From: Ylistrum balloti
Lineage: Eukaryota
Reading direction: 5' to 3'
DNA length: 64,000 nucleotides
NCBI RefSeq assembly: GCF_031769215.1
Contig: NW_026782246.1
Location: forward strand, 186,001 to 250,000
Below are positions 26,801 through 39,600 of the stretch, one piece after another. Position numbers and translations under genes: made by a program. Position 1 is the first letter of the stretch, and every line of letters starts with the position of its first letter. The notes beneath the pieces are model-generated. The model had not been told where the DNA came from, did no database searches, and was given only the letters and a program-made list of their open reading frames with translations.

Positions 26801-29800
26801 GCTATTCTACATTGTTTTCAATTTCCCTCGTACAAACTCCTGTAGTCAAATTTAGTGTAAAATGCAATACCAACGAATAAAAAATAACGGTTTACAGCAA
26901 TGCAGGTTTTCCTTTTATCTTTCTTTTACTGTTGCTACATTATGTATCCATTTTTATTCTTCCACAGGTTCAAACCATTTTGGAATAGCAGGATGGTACA
27001 GCCTAATGGCGTGCGAACAAGGTCTATTGGTAAGAAGATGTTTGTTGATATTGTCAAAAACATTGAGTGATATAACAAATATATTAAAATGGGCGTTTAT
27101 GAATAACCGCTATCTAAAACTGTTTATTGATTCATTCTTCCTAGGCATATTGGTCGATTTTTACAATATATCTTCAAGCATGTATTTATGTATCCGTCTG
27201 TTACATTCAGGTCAACTATATAACATGGGAAGTAATGCTATCATAAGATTATTTCACCACATTAATCCACCTGTTATCCGGTCGCGGTTGCCAAGTGGTT
27301 AAGGCCTCTGACCGTTGTCTTTATCACTAACTACTGGGTTTCGGGTTTGAGTCCCACATGGGGGCATTTGCCAGGTATTGGCCGCAGGTCGGTGGTTTTC
27401 TCAGGGTACTCCGACTCTCCTCAACCACCCAAATCTAGGACGTTAAGCAACAATAAACTTGTCTAAACTGTTATCCAGTGATCCAGTAAATTAGCTCGTA
27501 TAGTATAGCTTTTGGCGATTTTCAATGGCATCGCCGGTAAGAAAATTTATAGTGATATAAAAAAGTGGAAAATTGCGCAACATGATGGCTGCCTCCATTT
27601 GATTATATCCTTCACAGTTTAACTTCAAAACCTGTTATAGTGAAACTTTGATAAGGTACGTTATAAAAAGTTTATTTGAACTGTTTCAAAACAAACATTA
27701 GGAAAATAGTCTCGAATGTTGTTTTTTTTTTCTCACCTTAGCTCGCAAAATTAAATCTTCTATGATACTGTTCTTAAATTTACATGTAAGAGAATGAAAA
27801 TTTATTTACAATCTTTTTTGGCAAAACAAAAAAGATACTAGCACAGAGACTATTTTAAATATGTAAGGAAGTTATAAAGACTTATCTATGTTCGTGTTGC
27901 AGGGCATGGCGTTTACGAATGCATCCGGTGCTATTATACCAACACGGTCCAAAGTGGTCTGTATTAACCTCATATTGTCTTTATTATCTGGAATACAGCA
28001 TTAGAAGGTCATTGCCTTTTTAGTCATTTTTCTATAATTTCAAGCTTCTCTCTGTCTTCAACACATCGACATGTCATTGTTTTCTTCTTTATATGTAAGA
28101 TTCATTGTTTTTAACGTAAGCTTTCCGACGTTCCAGCGTTTACATTTGACATTCCATTAATGGTATTTTTATGATTGAAATACAAAAAGAGAAACCGACG
28201 CGCTTTCAATAATCACATTTGTTGAACTTCAGAGAACATTAGGAACAAATCCGGTGTGTATGGCAGCTCCAGGGAAAAATGGTGACAGCTTCGTTTTAGA
28301 TATGGCGACTTCCAATGTAGCCTGGGGGAAGGTTAGTATTTTTTTCAAAACTTGCCTTTTTAAAAAATATAAAGTAATAGACTATACAAGAGCAGATTCA
28401 TTTGTGAATAAAACCGTTTCATCAAAGGAGATAGAATTAAGACAAATGATTATTATTCTGCAGTCAGCTGTAATTTTGCATGAGATGTTATAAGATCAAT
28501 CAACAGACGTTTTATATGCATTCTTTCTTGCCACCAAAGAATTTTTTCTGTGGATTATTTCAAAATAGAAGCTGAATAAAATATGTATGTTTCAGGTTGA
28601 GCTACAAGTACGGAAAGGTCAGCCATTATCTCCTGGATGGGTTCTGGATAAGGATGGAAAGGTTTGTCATGTCAACAACACTTTCTATTGTGTAGAGCCT
28701 TATTGTTGCATGAAAATATAAGATATGAGATTAGTAGAGAATTTTTTCACAGAGGTCGACATGTTGCTTACCTAGTGATGCTTTTATTTTCATCAAAAAA
28801 TTCCACAAAATGTAAGCGCTGATTCGAATTCCATACTGCAACTTATAAATCATCCGACAGAAGATATTAAGAGTTGCCCCTTTTTACTCAAAATAAGTAT
28901 TTTTGAGAAGCAACCTTTATTGCCATTTGTATTCAACACAAAGCATGTGGATATTAAATCACTTATTGTACAATGTTTGATTAAAGTAAGTATACCACAT
29001 AACTATTGATATAGTATATATATACACTTACCTATAACCTTACCTTTTGAGGATGTCATTTGTGTTTACAGCGTGCTTACGTAATATGAGATCCATTGTT
29101 TTGGTATTTGAGGTCTTTATATGTGTCCAAATTGTACAATTTAATCCATTTATCTTCACAGAATTAGGTTAATTTTGTCTTTTGTTTTCTCCAGCCTACC
29201 GTTGAAATGAATAATGTAGGCGGTTTATTGCCCTTAGGAGGCATGGAAGAAACAAGTATGTGAATAAAAAATAAATAATCACAATACCTTTGTTCTTTAT
29301 CAGTCAAGAGTACTTCAAGTGTTGTACTTTCGATATGTTGGTCCTTTTAATAACCATTTGCAATGATGATGCCAATGTAAGTTTATACCGATTTTAATTG
29401 TGTCGTTATCATAATTTATGAAATATTCAAGAGTGTTGGTGTTGTTGCTGCTGTTTGTTGTTGTTGTTGTTTAATATCTTTATTCATCAATAATGGATTT
29501 ACTTGCTATAATACAGTCGATAAGACATCGTTAAAGTGGACCGTTATGGCAAAATATCACAGTAATTATTATCAAAAGGTTTCAATACCTTTCCATTTGA
29601 TAAGTTTTATTTGTAATTTTTCACATAGGTGGTTACAAGGGTTACGGTTTATCTATGATGGTTGAGGTACTTTGCAGCGTCCTTGCTGGATCACCTTTCG
29701 GGCCATTTATAAGAATGTGGAGGACTTACGACAAGCCTTCAGATATGGTAAAATTGTAATGATATTTTTGTCACATATTAGGAGCATATATTTGACGTGT

Positions 29801-31955
29801 ACATGTCATAAACGACATATTGTAAACATCACCATTAAATATCTGTAAGCCAATGTTTTTCAATTCCTTTTTTAATACAGGACCTTTAAAACATTATTAC
29901 TGATAATTATATGTCATATCATATAGAATTATTAGGATGTCATGGCATGTAAACTATCCATGCAAAAGACATGCAAATTATTAACTTTATTAGGGTAAAC
30001 GTGCAATTGTTATGAAAATCAAATTCTTCATATTTAGTTATTCGAAATAAGAAACAAAATGGAATGTATTTAAGAATATCAGTATTATTTACGATAAAGA
30101 TAAAATCCAACTTTTATTCGCAGGCACACTGTTTTATCGCTGTTGATCCAAACTCCTTTGAAGACGGATTTTCGGACCGACTACAGGATCTCATAGACCA
30201 TTGTCGCAACCTAGAAACGGTTGGTATTGTAGCATTTACTTTTCTCTTTCGACAAATTCGAATAACAATCTTTTCATCAGTGAAGACAAGACAGTGAATT
30301 GACACACCTAGTATTTGCTAAAGCAACAGTATAAGGGCATTGCAATATGCAAATACATGCAAAACTAATTTAAAAGGATCAATAAATTAGCTAATAAATC
30401 GAATTCATATGAATACAAAAACAAAATAGAGGAGGGAAATCAAAATAAAAAAATAAATAAAAAAATAAATAAAAACAATCAAACAAACAGAAAAACAAAA
30501 ACAAAAGAATATAAGTTTACTAATATAGTCGATTAGTCGGTTATACTAATACATGGTAAAGATATGATGTGAATGTGCATTTTCATGTTGTAATACATTA
30601 TTTAAGATATATGCTGGCTACGTGTATGTGGCATTACACAATGTTCTCATTGAAAATTTGTTCAGGCCGACGATGCACCTGGAAGCGTTATGATCGCTGG
30701 CGATCCCGAGCGGAAACACATGAAGTTGTGTGATAGTTTAGGAGGAATACCATATCATCTTAACCAAATTAAAAACATGGTATGTTTAACCAAATTATAT
30801 GCATGGAATTTATTTAGAATGCATAGATAGCAAATGAACTAAGTCTTCATATACCAAGAACCAGATCTTACCATCATTACAAAATACTGACATGTCAATA
30901 AATCTAAATTCACATTCGACGACACATGTGCAAAATATGAGCAAAAGAAATATTTACACAGAGGCCCATGAGATAAGGGAGAGTATAACAAGATCAGATG
31001 TTTCGGAAGGTTAAGCGTCCTATTCTTCATCGACGATACCCACCCTGTAAATGTCATGTTCTCAAATGTGCACAATGTTACATATCAGCGACAGAACCAT
31101 CAAACAAACACCAAATATGTGTAACTTTATATAACAAAAGGAAATGATATTTTCCCAACGAGATCATCGTAAACATCATCAAATTTACTCATACTCTTCA
31201 TTACCGTGCATTGATCTATTTTTTTATGTGAGTTTATATGAATTTTTGACATAAACAGGATATTGTTAAGAAGCCCTTGAATGTTGAATCTAACACAGAA
31301 CAGTCATAAAAGCGAACTAAATCAGCATTTTAGAGTACTATTCCGAAAATTGGTCCATTTAGCATTTATCATACACGTGTAGCTAACCCCGAGCCACAGA
31401 ACGAAAATCGGTATTCATAGAGCCCAAGGACATATGGGAAAAATGATATCGTTTATTTAGACAGGGTGCTTTCACGTGTATGTACAAGTTTAATACAAGA
31501 CAATAAAAAGTTACAAGTCAACAATTCATAGAACAATGTACATGTAAAGTATATACAATGAAAAGACAAACAGGTACTGCTTTGTATAGCCTACTGGTTG
31601 TAAAACATTTAAATGTATTTCTTCTTTAAACATTAACACTGGAAGCCCTTGTGATATATTCACTTAGACTGTTCCATGAAACAGAGCAACTATTGCTAAA
31701 ATATACTTATATATTTTATTGTATTGCTATTGTAGACAGTTGTCTAGGTTGTCTAAAGCATTGGTTTTCAAACTTTTGTTAACCTCTATACTTTTAAACT
31801 AAATTATTTAACCAAATTTAAAATCCCTAGTAGATTTACATTCTGTTTAGCATCCTGTACAAATTGTAACACAAAAAATACATGCGTAATTAACTTTGTA
31901 GGATGATCTGGCGGAGAAGCTGAATTTGGAGAAATTAAAACGTACTTCTCCGTGA
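23838..31955 (+). CDS. Ldh_2-family oxidoreductase paralog C, 12 coding exons, 363 aa (using distal last exon)
   Basis: Exons 23838-24009, 25373-25486, 26443-26523, 26968-27029, 27903-27956, 28233-28331, 28596-28661, 29195-29255, 29629-29747, 30124-30219, 30666-30779, 31902-31955. Same intron positions and phases as A and B; 1092 nt, open frame. AATAAA at 32017. Confidence 0.92.
27280..27458 (+). mobile_element. tRNA-derived SINE with V-domain-like core, in intron 4 of paralog C
   Basis: A-box-like GGTTGCCAAGTGG, B-box-like GGTTTGAGTCCC, central GGTCGGTGGTTTTCTCAGGGTACTCCGACTCTCCTC, and tail GGACGTTAAGCAAC. Confidence 0.7.
31259..31309 (+). CDS. Candidate alternative (proximal) terminal exon of paralog C
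   Basis: ACAG|GAT ATT GTT AAG AAG CCC TTG AAT GTT GAA TCT AAC ACA GAA CAG TCA TAA = DIVKKPLNVESNTEQS*. Phase 0 like exon 12, resembles DDLAEKLNLEKL, and has its own AATAAA at 31502. Confidence 0.5.
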   Translation, partial: DIVKKPLNVESNTEQS

Positions 31956-32721
31956 TGTCCGACTGCTCACAAACGTACAGGCCATTGGATTTATTTCATG
32001 TTTTATACTTAAGCAAAATAAATACACGTATTTGTTTACACACCATGTCCTCCTAGTTCATGTTATTTTACCTATACCAGTTCACATACGTTTCCTTTCC
32101 AAAACTCGATAAAAATGTGTCGCAAGCCATGTAACAGAAAGACGTTTATGATCATCGTGTCTACTCATATTAAACCAATACTTTTATATGCATAGTTTAA
32201 TTGTGACTAGCATATTTTGGTTTCTCACTCCGACCTGATTTCTATTCTACGTGCAGTTATGTGTATTCCGATTTTAAAAGTATTTAAACATTCCTTCTAT
32301 AATCATATTTGATAACACGATGCCATGCGAATTAACACCACTAACCTGTAAGCAAGACTGACCGATAGCACGCGACAACTACCCCATGGATTCAGTATAC
32401 ATATGTTAAAATTCATTTCATATAAAGCGGTACAAAAAGTTTACAAAAAAAAACAAAACGAAATGAAATTATGATTTTATTAAAATTGATGTTTGATGAT
32501 ATGGAAAAAAGACACACATTTCAAACTTTTCCACATTTTAAAATATGCTAGCTGACTTATCAACATTAGTTTTGGTCGTTAGATATTTAGGAATTATTGC
32601 ATAACTCTGTAAGATATCAAAAGAAGATAGCATTTACAGTACAAAATCACACAAGTTTACAGCATCACTTAACATCAATTTATTATTTGATAAAGTGTTA
32701 TCAACCAATAATTGAAACTGC

Positions 32722-32761
32722 ATCATACAGCTGTTTCAACGGTCTAGGACTCATCAGCAAT
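32722..32761 (-). ncRNA. Hammerhead ribozyme motif, copy 2 (degenerate stem II)
   Basis: Minus strand: ATTG-CTGATGA-GTCCTAGACCGTT-GAAA-CAGCTG-TA-TGAT(GCAGTTTC). Same 3' flank as copy 1. Confidence 0.55.
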
Positions 32762-33601
32762 TATATAGCCTTAATGTTGAAACTAGGAGGCGACTGCAGA
32801 AAAGCAAATGTGGTCAAATATAGACAAGCATGTCTTAGTGACTTAATCAGTTTTTTACTTCAAGAATTTTTATTTCATACAGAAACTGGAATCAACAACG
32901 GGCATAACCTATATAAGTCATCTACATTAAGTAGTAAGGAGTTTGTATATAGTGTGATATGAGTGGTTATATGGAATACTTTCAGTTTAAGTTCAGTGTT
33001 TGATATAAAATATACATATGTATAATTAATATCTTCACATGCTTCATACATAATCGTTTTATGAAAGGTTGGATTGGAAATCCTGTACAGAGAACATTCC
33101 ATGACAGTTAATGAGTCTCTGTTCTTCCACAAGTTTAACGGAGTAGTTATCGGTACACCCTTTCATGTTTTACATCAATTATCAACACCAATGAAACCAA
33201 CCTTGTAAAGATATACAATAAATGAAAAAACCTAATGCATATAAAATTAAAAAAAACTTACATTAGACAGGAATCACAGTATTATTGGAAAATTATCATA
33301 ATCATCTGTACAATATTGAATAATGTAAACAACATTTGCGTTTTGCAATATTCATAGGAGTAGAAAAACACAATTCTATGTGCCATTTCAGTATAGTTTA
33401 CGTCAACTCTTTGCACGTCGTCTCAAATAATATACGTTATATATAGCTGCTTTATATAAATCATTGAGACGATTATAAATTCCAAAACGTAAAGAGACAT
33501 ACGAAGGAAATCACTAGGTAAGACTGGCGCGATATTTCAAACCGTTATCTGAAATATAGATAAAGTCATTGAACGTTAACTCAAGAAATTGTAGGATATT
33601 G

Positions 33602-36600
33602 TCACAATTTTGCGGTCTCCGTGTTTTCATAAAACTCTTGTACCTCCTCTTCTGCTGATATATAATTTTTTGTGTCTTTGATGGCATCCACTAAATCTAT
33701 GAAGGTAGGACGACTGATTGGATCCTGTTGCATACACGTCACAATAACTGCATTGAATCTGAAATAAAGTAACGCTTGTTAAGACGTTTGTCTATTTCAC
33801 CTGAATGGCGTATTACATCAATAGTGACGAGGATTCCTTGCGTTATAATACAATCAATTCTATTCCTATTTGCTATAAAAGTACTTTGGAAAACACTATC
33901 TTCATGCCATATGCGTTACTGTTCTTACAAAACGTCATCACAGAATAAGTGATTTAAAATAGTTTGAACAAGCATTAATGATATAGCCCAATGTAAAATG
34001 AGCGTGGTTATTGAAGAAATCAGTATGCTACTTGTAGTATTTCGAAAACGTGAATACATTAAACTGATACAAACTTCTACAACTGCTATATTAGTCAGTT
34101 CATTATAGGAATTGTTGGAATATATGAGATTATAAAAATATATCTATGCTATTAAAATATGGATGATATGCTTCCTATCTAATGAGATTTAAGAAGTTTA
34201 ACTTACTCGTCAGGACATAAGTCGGGTTGACTTAACTGGTGACCGTCCTGAATTGCTGCTTCTAGTTCTGAGTCAGCAATGCCCTCATACGGCTTATAAC
34301 CTTTAAGGTGTCAAAAGGAAACACGTTGTACATGTATTAACAACAGTTAAAGTGAATACCAAATTAATGTTGTGGTGATCAGTATTGTAACGTTTACGTC
34401 TTGGTAGAATATGAGAGGGAAACTATTATCAAGAGGGAAACCAATTACCTCATTCTATTCCTTACGATTTACAGACGAATGATTGGTTATTCGAAAGACA
34501 ATACAACAAAGTTGACATGACCTCTTATAGATATATACCACCTAATACTATTGTGCGAATATGAAAAATGTCTTATGAACGTTTTACGAGATATATTGTA
34601 CATTTTATTTCAAGTATGATCACCTTAACCTATGACAGATTCTAATCAGGTGTAGTATGGAATGAATATTTTTGTGAATATAAACCAAATCTGTCTTAAT
34701 ATTCACGAGATTAAATTTCCTAGGGATTTTATTTCTAACGTGGTTGAGTATGATCCTTGACTTCAATATTTAAATAATGACTGCAGAATCTAATCCGATC
34801 TAGAACCAGGAAAAGCGTGATACTATAAAATCAATAAAACATATTAGCATGTCAAATTCTAAACTTATATTTAATAACACTAGGAGAATGACACTGGGGA
34901 TTTTGGAAGTGCAGCACTTGCTATGTAAATTTTTGTCAATGCAATATCCTGCCATGTATAAAACAAGCGGTGTGATGTTATGATTTAAGTCTGAACTTAA
35001 TCTGTCCAGCGATTCATGAAATATCATGTACACAAGTTTTTCACAAATTAACTCACTGTTACACGCTGACATTCTTCTGAACGCACCTTGTTGCGCACAG
35101 TATTCTGTCCATTCAATTTGTGGGTTGAACTACACGATATCAACGAACTCGTTTGCTAAACACACATGGCGACTGGGGCCTAATTGTGAATTGTGGTTAA
35201 AAAGCTACTTTCAAGTGAATTTCGTTGCTTATAGGCAATTGAGATTTATATAAAAAAAGAATGACACCGAAAAGTTTACTTGAATACGAAGTCAACTGTG
35301 AAAGGAACCCAATTTTTTGACTTGCTCAAATTTGTTTGGTCAATAAGTATTCACTCTGGTAGTTGGGTGGCTAAGAGGAAACCCACTATCCTTTCACCAA
35401 GTCGTCCGGTATTAAATTCCTCGAATTAGCATGAAAAAGGTTATGGGACACAAGTGCGGCCACGTGGGTTTTACTCTCACAGTAAGATCCCTAGTGAGCG
35501 TCAGTCCGGGCAAGCGAACGTGATTATTATTTGTTTGTTTCGCAATTGTTCTAAAATGAATCAAGTTTATGTTCAGTCTATTAGAATACACGGATACAGA
35601 TATAAAACTGTAGGTCTCTTCCAATATTCGACTTGAAACTAAAATGAATAATTGGGAGAGTATTTACATATCTCATTTATACACTGCTGCATTCGAAAAG
35701 GATTTTTTAAAAATACAACTAGCGTCATACCTTGAGAAAATGCTTCCCATATAACGACTCCATACGACCATACATCTGATTTCTCATTTGGCATGGTGTC
35801 ACTTCTGTATCTCTCTGGAGACTGCCATTTCTTCATAAAAAAAATTATGCTTTGACAAAATGTATAATCAATTTGGCAGTAACGTGATTGTGCTGATGAT
35901 ATCGCTAAACTTGTATGTACCTGCACTTCTTGTTACAGAAAAAAGTGCTGATAATGGAAGAGAAAAATAAAACTTCAAATTGTATTTTCTGGATTGTGAA
36001 ACAATTACTTATCTGTTTCATATAAACGCCATGATATTATCATGATATATGTAGGACATGAAAGAGTGGAGCTAGATTTCTCACCCATGATTTCGCAGAT
36101 GGTTCTTCGTCCGCCATCCTTTTTATTTTTGGCTGAAGGTCAGAATTCAGCAGAATGTTAAAAGACGTCAGATTACCGTGGAATATCTGTCAAGCAAGAA
36201 ATTCATACAAACAGTTGTGCAAACCTCACACACAAACAAATTGAAATATTTTGTTATTTTGCAGTATCTAATCTATGATCAACGAGTTATAATACGCTTA
36301 GCCCTTGTGAAAGTACATCTGCAATTGCAGAAAACGATACTGCCTTTAATTGTCTTAGAAATCTAAGAGCGTTCATGTGGGTCTAATGATGTTTTTTAAA
36401 AGGTTGTTGGTCGGTTATCAGCATCCTTCTCCATATCACACTTTCGTCAATATCGAAGATTTATTAGATTAAGTTTTATTCAAGATTTTGTACATGAAAA
36501 ATTTTGCATGAAAACGATTTTTTTAAGAAATACAATGCATGCTCAATTCTAATATATCTGTTTTCAAACTGATCCTGGAAGCCTACAGAATTTCTATATT

Positions 36601-39600
36601 AAAATTAACAGAAAATTTTATTACCTTTCTCGCAACTAAATATTCCATTCCAGAAGCAATTCCGAGAACGATTTCTTGCAGATCATTCCTCTGCACCTGA
36701 TTTCCTTCTGCTTCTAACCAGTTTCCAAATGTCCCGTTCGCACAGTATTCCATGACCAAAGATGGCATTCCTTCGGTAAAAAAGAAAAAAAGAGACAATC
36801 GACTAGAAAGCAATTACTTTCTGTCAAAAGTTCATTGTTGTTCGTAATATTTCTTGTCAAATTATAATACAAGCTGTATCATTATATTAAAACATGCGAA
36901 CGTCTTGGCTTGATCCTGATAAAGAAGTATTGTGGAGCTTTACACAATTATCTTACCTTTACCCTCGTTAATGAAACCGTAATATCGAAGGATATTTGCT
37001 GCCTGTAAAGAATGTGTTTCATGGAACTTGAATAATGTCTTCGCCGCCTCTTCGTAGGCTTGAATTTCTTCTTCTAAATGTCGCAAAAATATTATTGTAA
37101 ACGTGTTGCAAAAATGGTATGAAATCAACACAGAATTATCAACATGTTAACGTTATCATAATTCAAACTTATACTCATCAAAACTAGGGGAAAATATTAA
37201 CAAAAGAATTAGTTACACGCAAGAACAAGTGTTCCGGAACAGTAAGTGTGTTTTTTTTTTAATCAACGACATATGTCATGTAAGTCTTGGTCAATCCAAG
37301 TAAATAACGTCACGTTATCATTTGAACAACGGAATCAACAGACATATTAACAAGCATAAGAGACGTCTAGAATATTTCTCCATTTAATCAAAATGATGAT
37401 CGTAAAAGGTCCACGAAATTTTCATAAACCTGCATCCTTTTAACTCCTGCTTGATCAGTTCTTTGCTAACGAAGTCTTGCATGGAAATCATAATCTTGGG
37501 AACAGGCCCTTGAATATCGAATCAACTGCAATATGTTAACCCCAAAGGTTCGGACTGAAGGAGTGTAGCTATCTAGAAATTCACTATAGGGAAACTGCAA
37601 ATCATCACGCTTATCATGCAGCTATGTGGAAGCTGTCCGTGTTGGTTTCGTTTTAGTGAAGATCTTACCACTAATCCAGTTTTCATGATATCGTCCTGTT
37701 TTTTTTTTTTTTTTTTTAATTTTTTTTATTTGGAAGTATTTTTCACTAAATACTCCTCAGTATACACGTAGTAAAAAGATATACACCGACACGGTTTTAA
37801 TTTTCAAGTTCTCATACGAAGAAAAAATAGCGTATGTAAAACTATTATCATTCGGAAAAGTCAAATGTTAACTTTATCATCTTTAATTGAAAAAATAGCA
37901 AGCAAAGCTGAACAATCTCTTAGAAAAATACGCGGGCTGATATATAAGATTATATTATGCTATGTATATTAGAGCTGAATAACTACTTAACGTATTTCCT
38001 GAGCTCAACCGGTTAGATAATTCGCTTTTGTAACCTCTGATTTTAGGATCCAAAATGCTAATTTCTAGTTTCCAAACCCGAGGAAATTATGTTCTTTAGT
38101 ATCAGTGAGGAATCCTATAACGAAACAGCTGTATGATGCAGTTTCATTCGTATCTTATTCGAATTTTATATAAAAGACATTCAAGCGACGGGCCTCCAGT
38201 ATGTTGTTCATAAGTGTAGCCAACAGCTGCTACAAGTGGACCAAGCCCTAAAATGACCTTAACAGTCCACGGGGCAACTAATCAACAGAATCAATAAAAA
38301 AACAACTATATATAATATTTCTTACCGTCTAGTCCTAAGCTAGTAGTCTTGAAGGCACATGGTTTTTGTCCAATTGTTGATAAACAGCATGTACCGACGT
38401 AGATTGACGTGAACGAGCCTTCCGAAATCATGGTATCTACATTAAAATCGGTGATACCACTGTTAGGTGGCATCTGAATATGGCCATCTAGGTCTTCGTA
38501 AACATCCTCATCGTTGCAATCTTTAATCGCAGTATCCTCGTACGATTCAGAAACATATTGCACAGTAGAGGTCTGTGTTACAAAAATACAATTTGAAACA
38601 TATTCAAAGAAACAACCACGACAGCAAAGTATAGAATGGTATTATAAAACCAGTAAATAAACGAGTACAAATGTTACTACCAACTCCATTAAATAAAGTA
38701 ACATGCCAAAATAACTTACACATGTAGCGAAGTAAATCTTTTGGTACAATCAGGTTTACGAGGACTAGTGTCAAAAGTGACAAATTTGATTCCACATATT
38801 TCTTTCTAATGAATTGACAAGGGTATCAAATACGATTAAAGCTGTTCTTGTAGTGTACGAGATATTAATGGGGAAAATTATCAGGTCTCATAGAGAATTT
38901 CAATGAACAGTTCATGTTATAGTCTAGAAACGGAAATGAGCAAACAGCATTGCAAAGCTTATTTTCCCAACAAATCACTTTTCTACAACCTTTGGTTTAG
39001 ACGAGTTTTTTGTCTTTTCATATCTAGTTGACCCATTGGATTCCTTCCCTGATTCCATAGACTGCTTAGAAAGGTCACTCGATAGGAGGAAGTCCTCAAC
39101 ATGCGTTGTATTTCTTCGCTTTCTCAATATCAGAAATAACCCTATCAGCAAGGCTGAGGCTGCTAGGGACACTGTATAATTAATAAGTCACATTCACTAT
39201 TCTGACAGCCCCAATTTAATAACATAATAATTATAATAAGACTAATCAAAAGTAAACCTAAACAGTTCATTTTACTGTAAATGTATTTGAAGTGTTACCA
39301 AAAAATAACAATAATAATGCAATTTGCACGAGAATCATGACACGGATTATGCCTCGCTTCCTCTGTACGTTTTATTGGTGAAGCATGTCATTTTTCCGCC
39401 TCTAAAGTGATATCCCCACAGTAATTTACTTTGCACCGGCTTTCAATTTGTTTAATTGAAACAAGGGGGAGTATCCAGCAGCAGGCAGAGATTATACTTA
39501 CGTATGACTATAACTACGACATATTTCGTTTCCAGCTTCACAGATCCTGATTGAAAAATAAAAGGAATGAAAACATAATTACTATTTGATGACTTTGGTG

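Noticed and set aside
33602-33613. C-terminal AKL of the receptor as a peroxisomal PTS1
   Set aside because: The protein has a signal peptide and a TM segment, so PTS1 import is implausible.
34800-35072. 90-aa minus ORF with vague GPCR-like words (SSDL, YCIDK)
   Set aside because: No TM pattern or splice support; it lies in a receptor intron.
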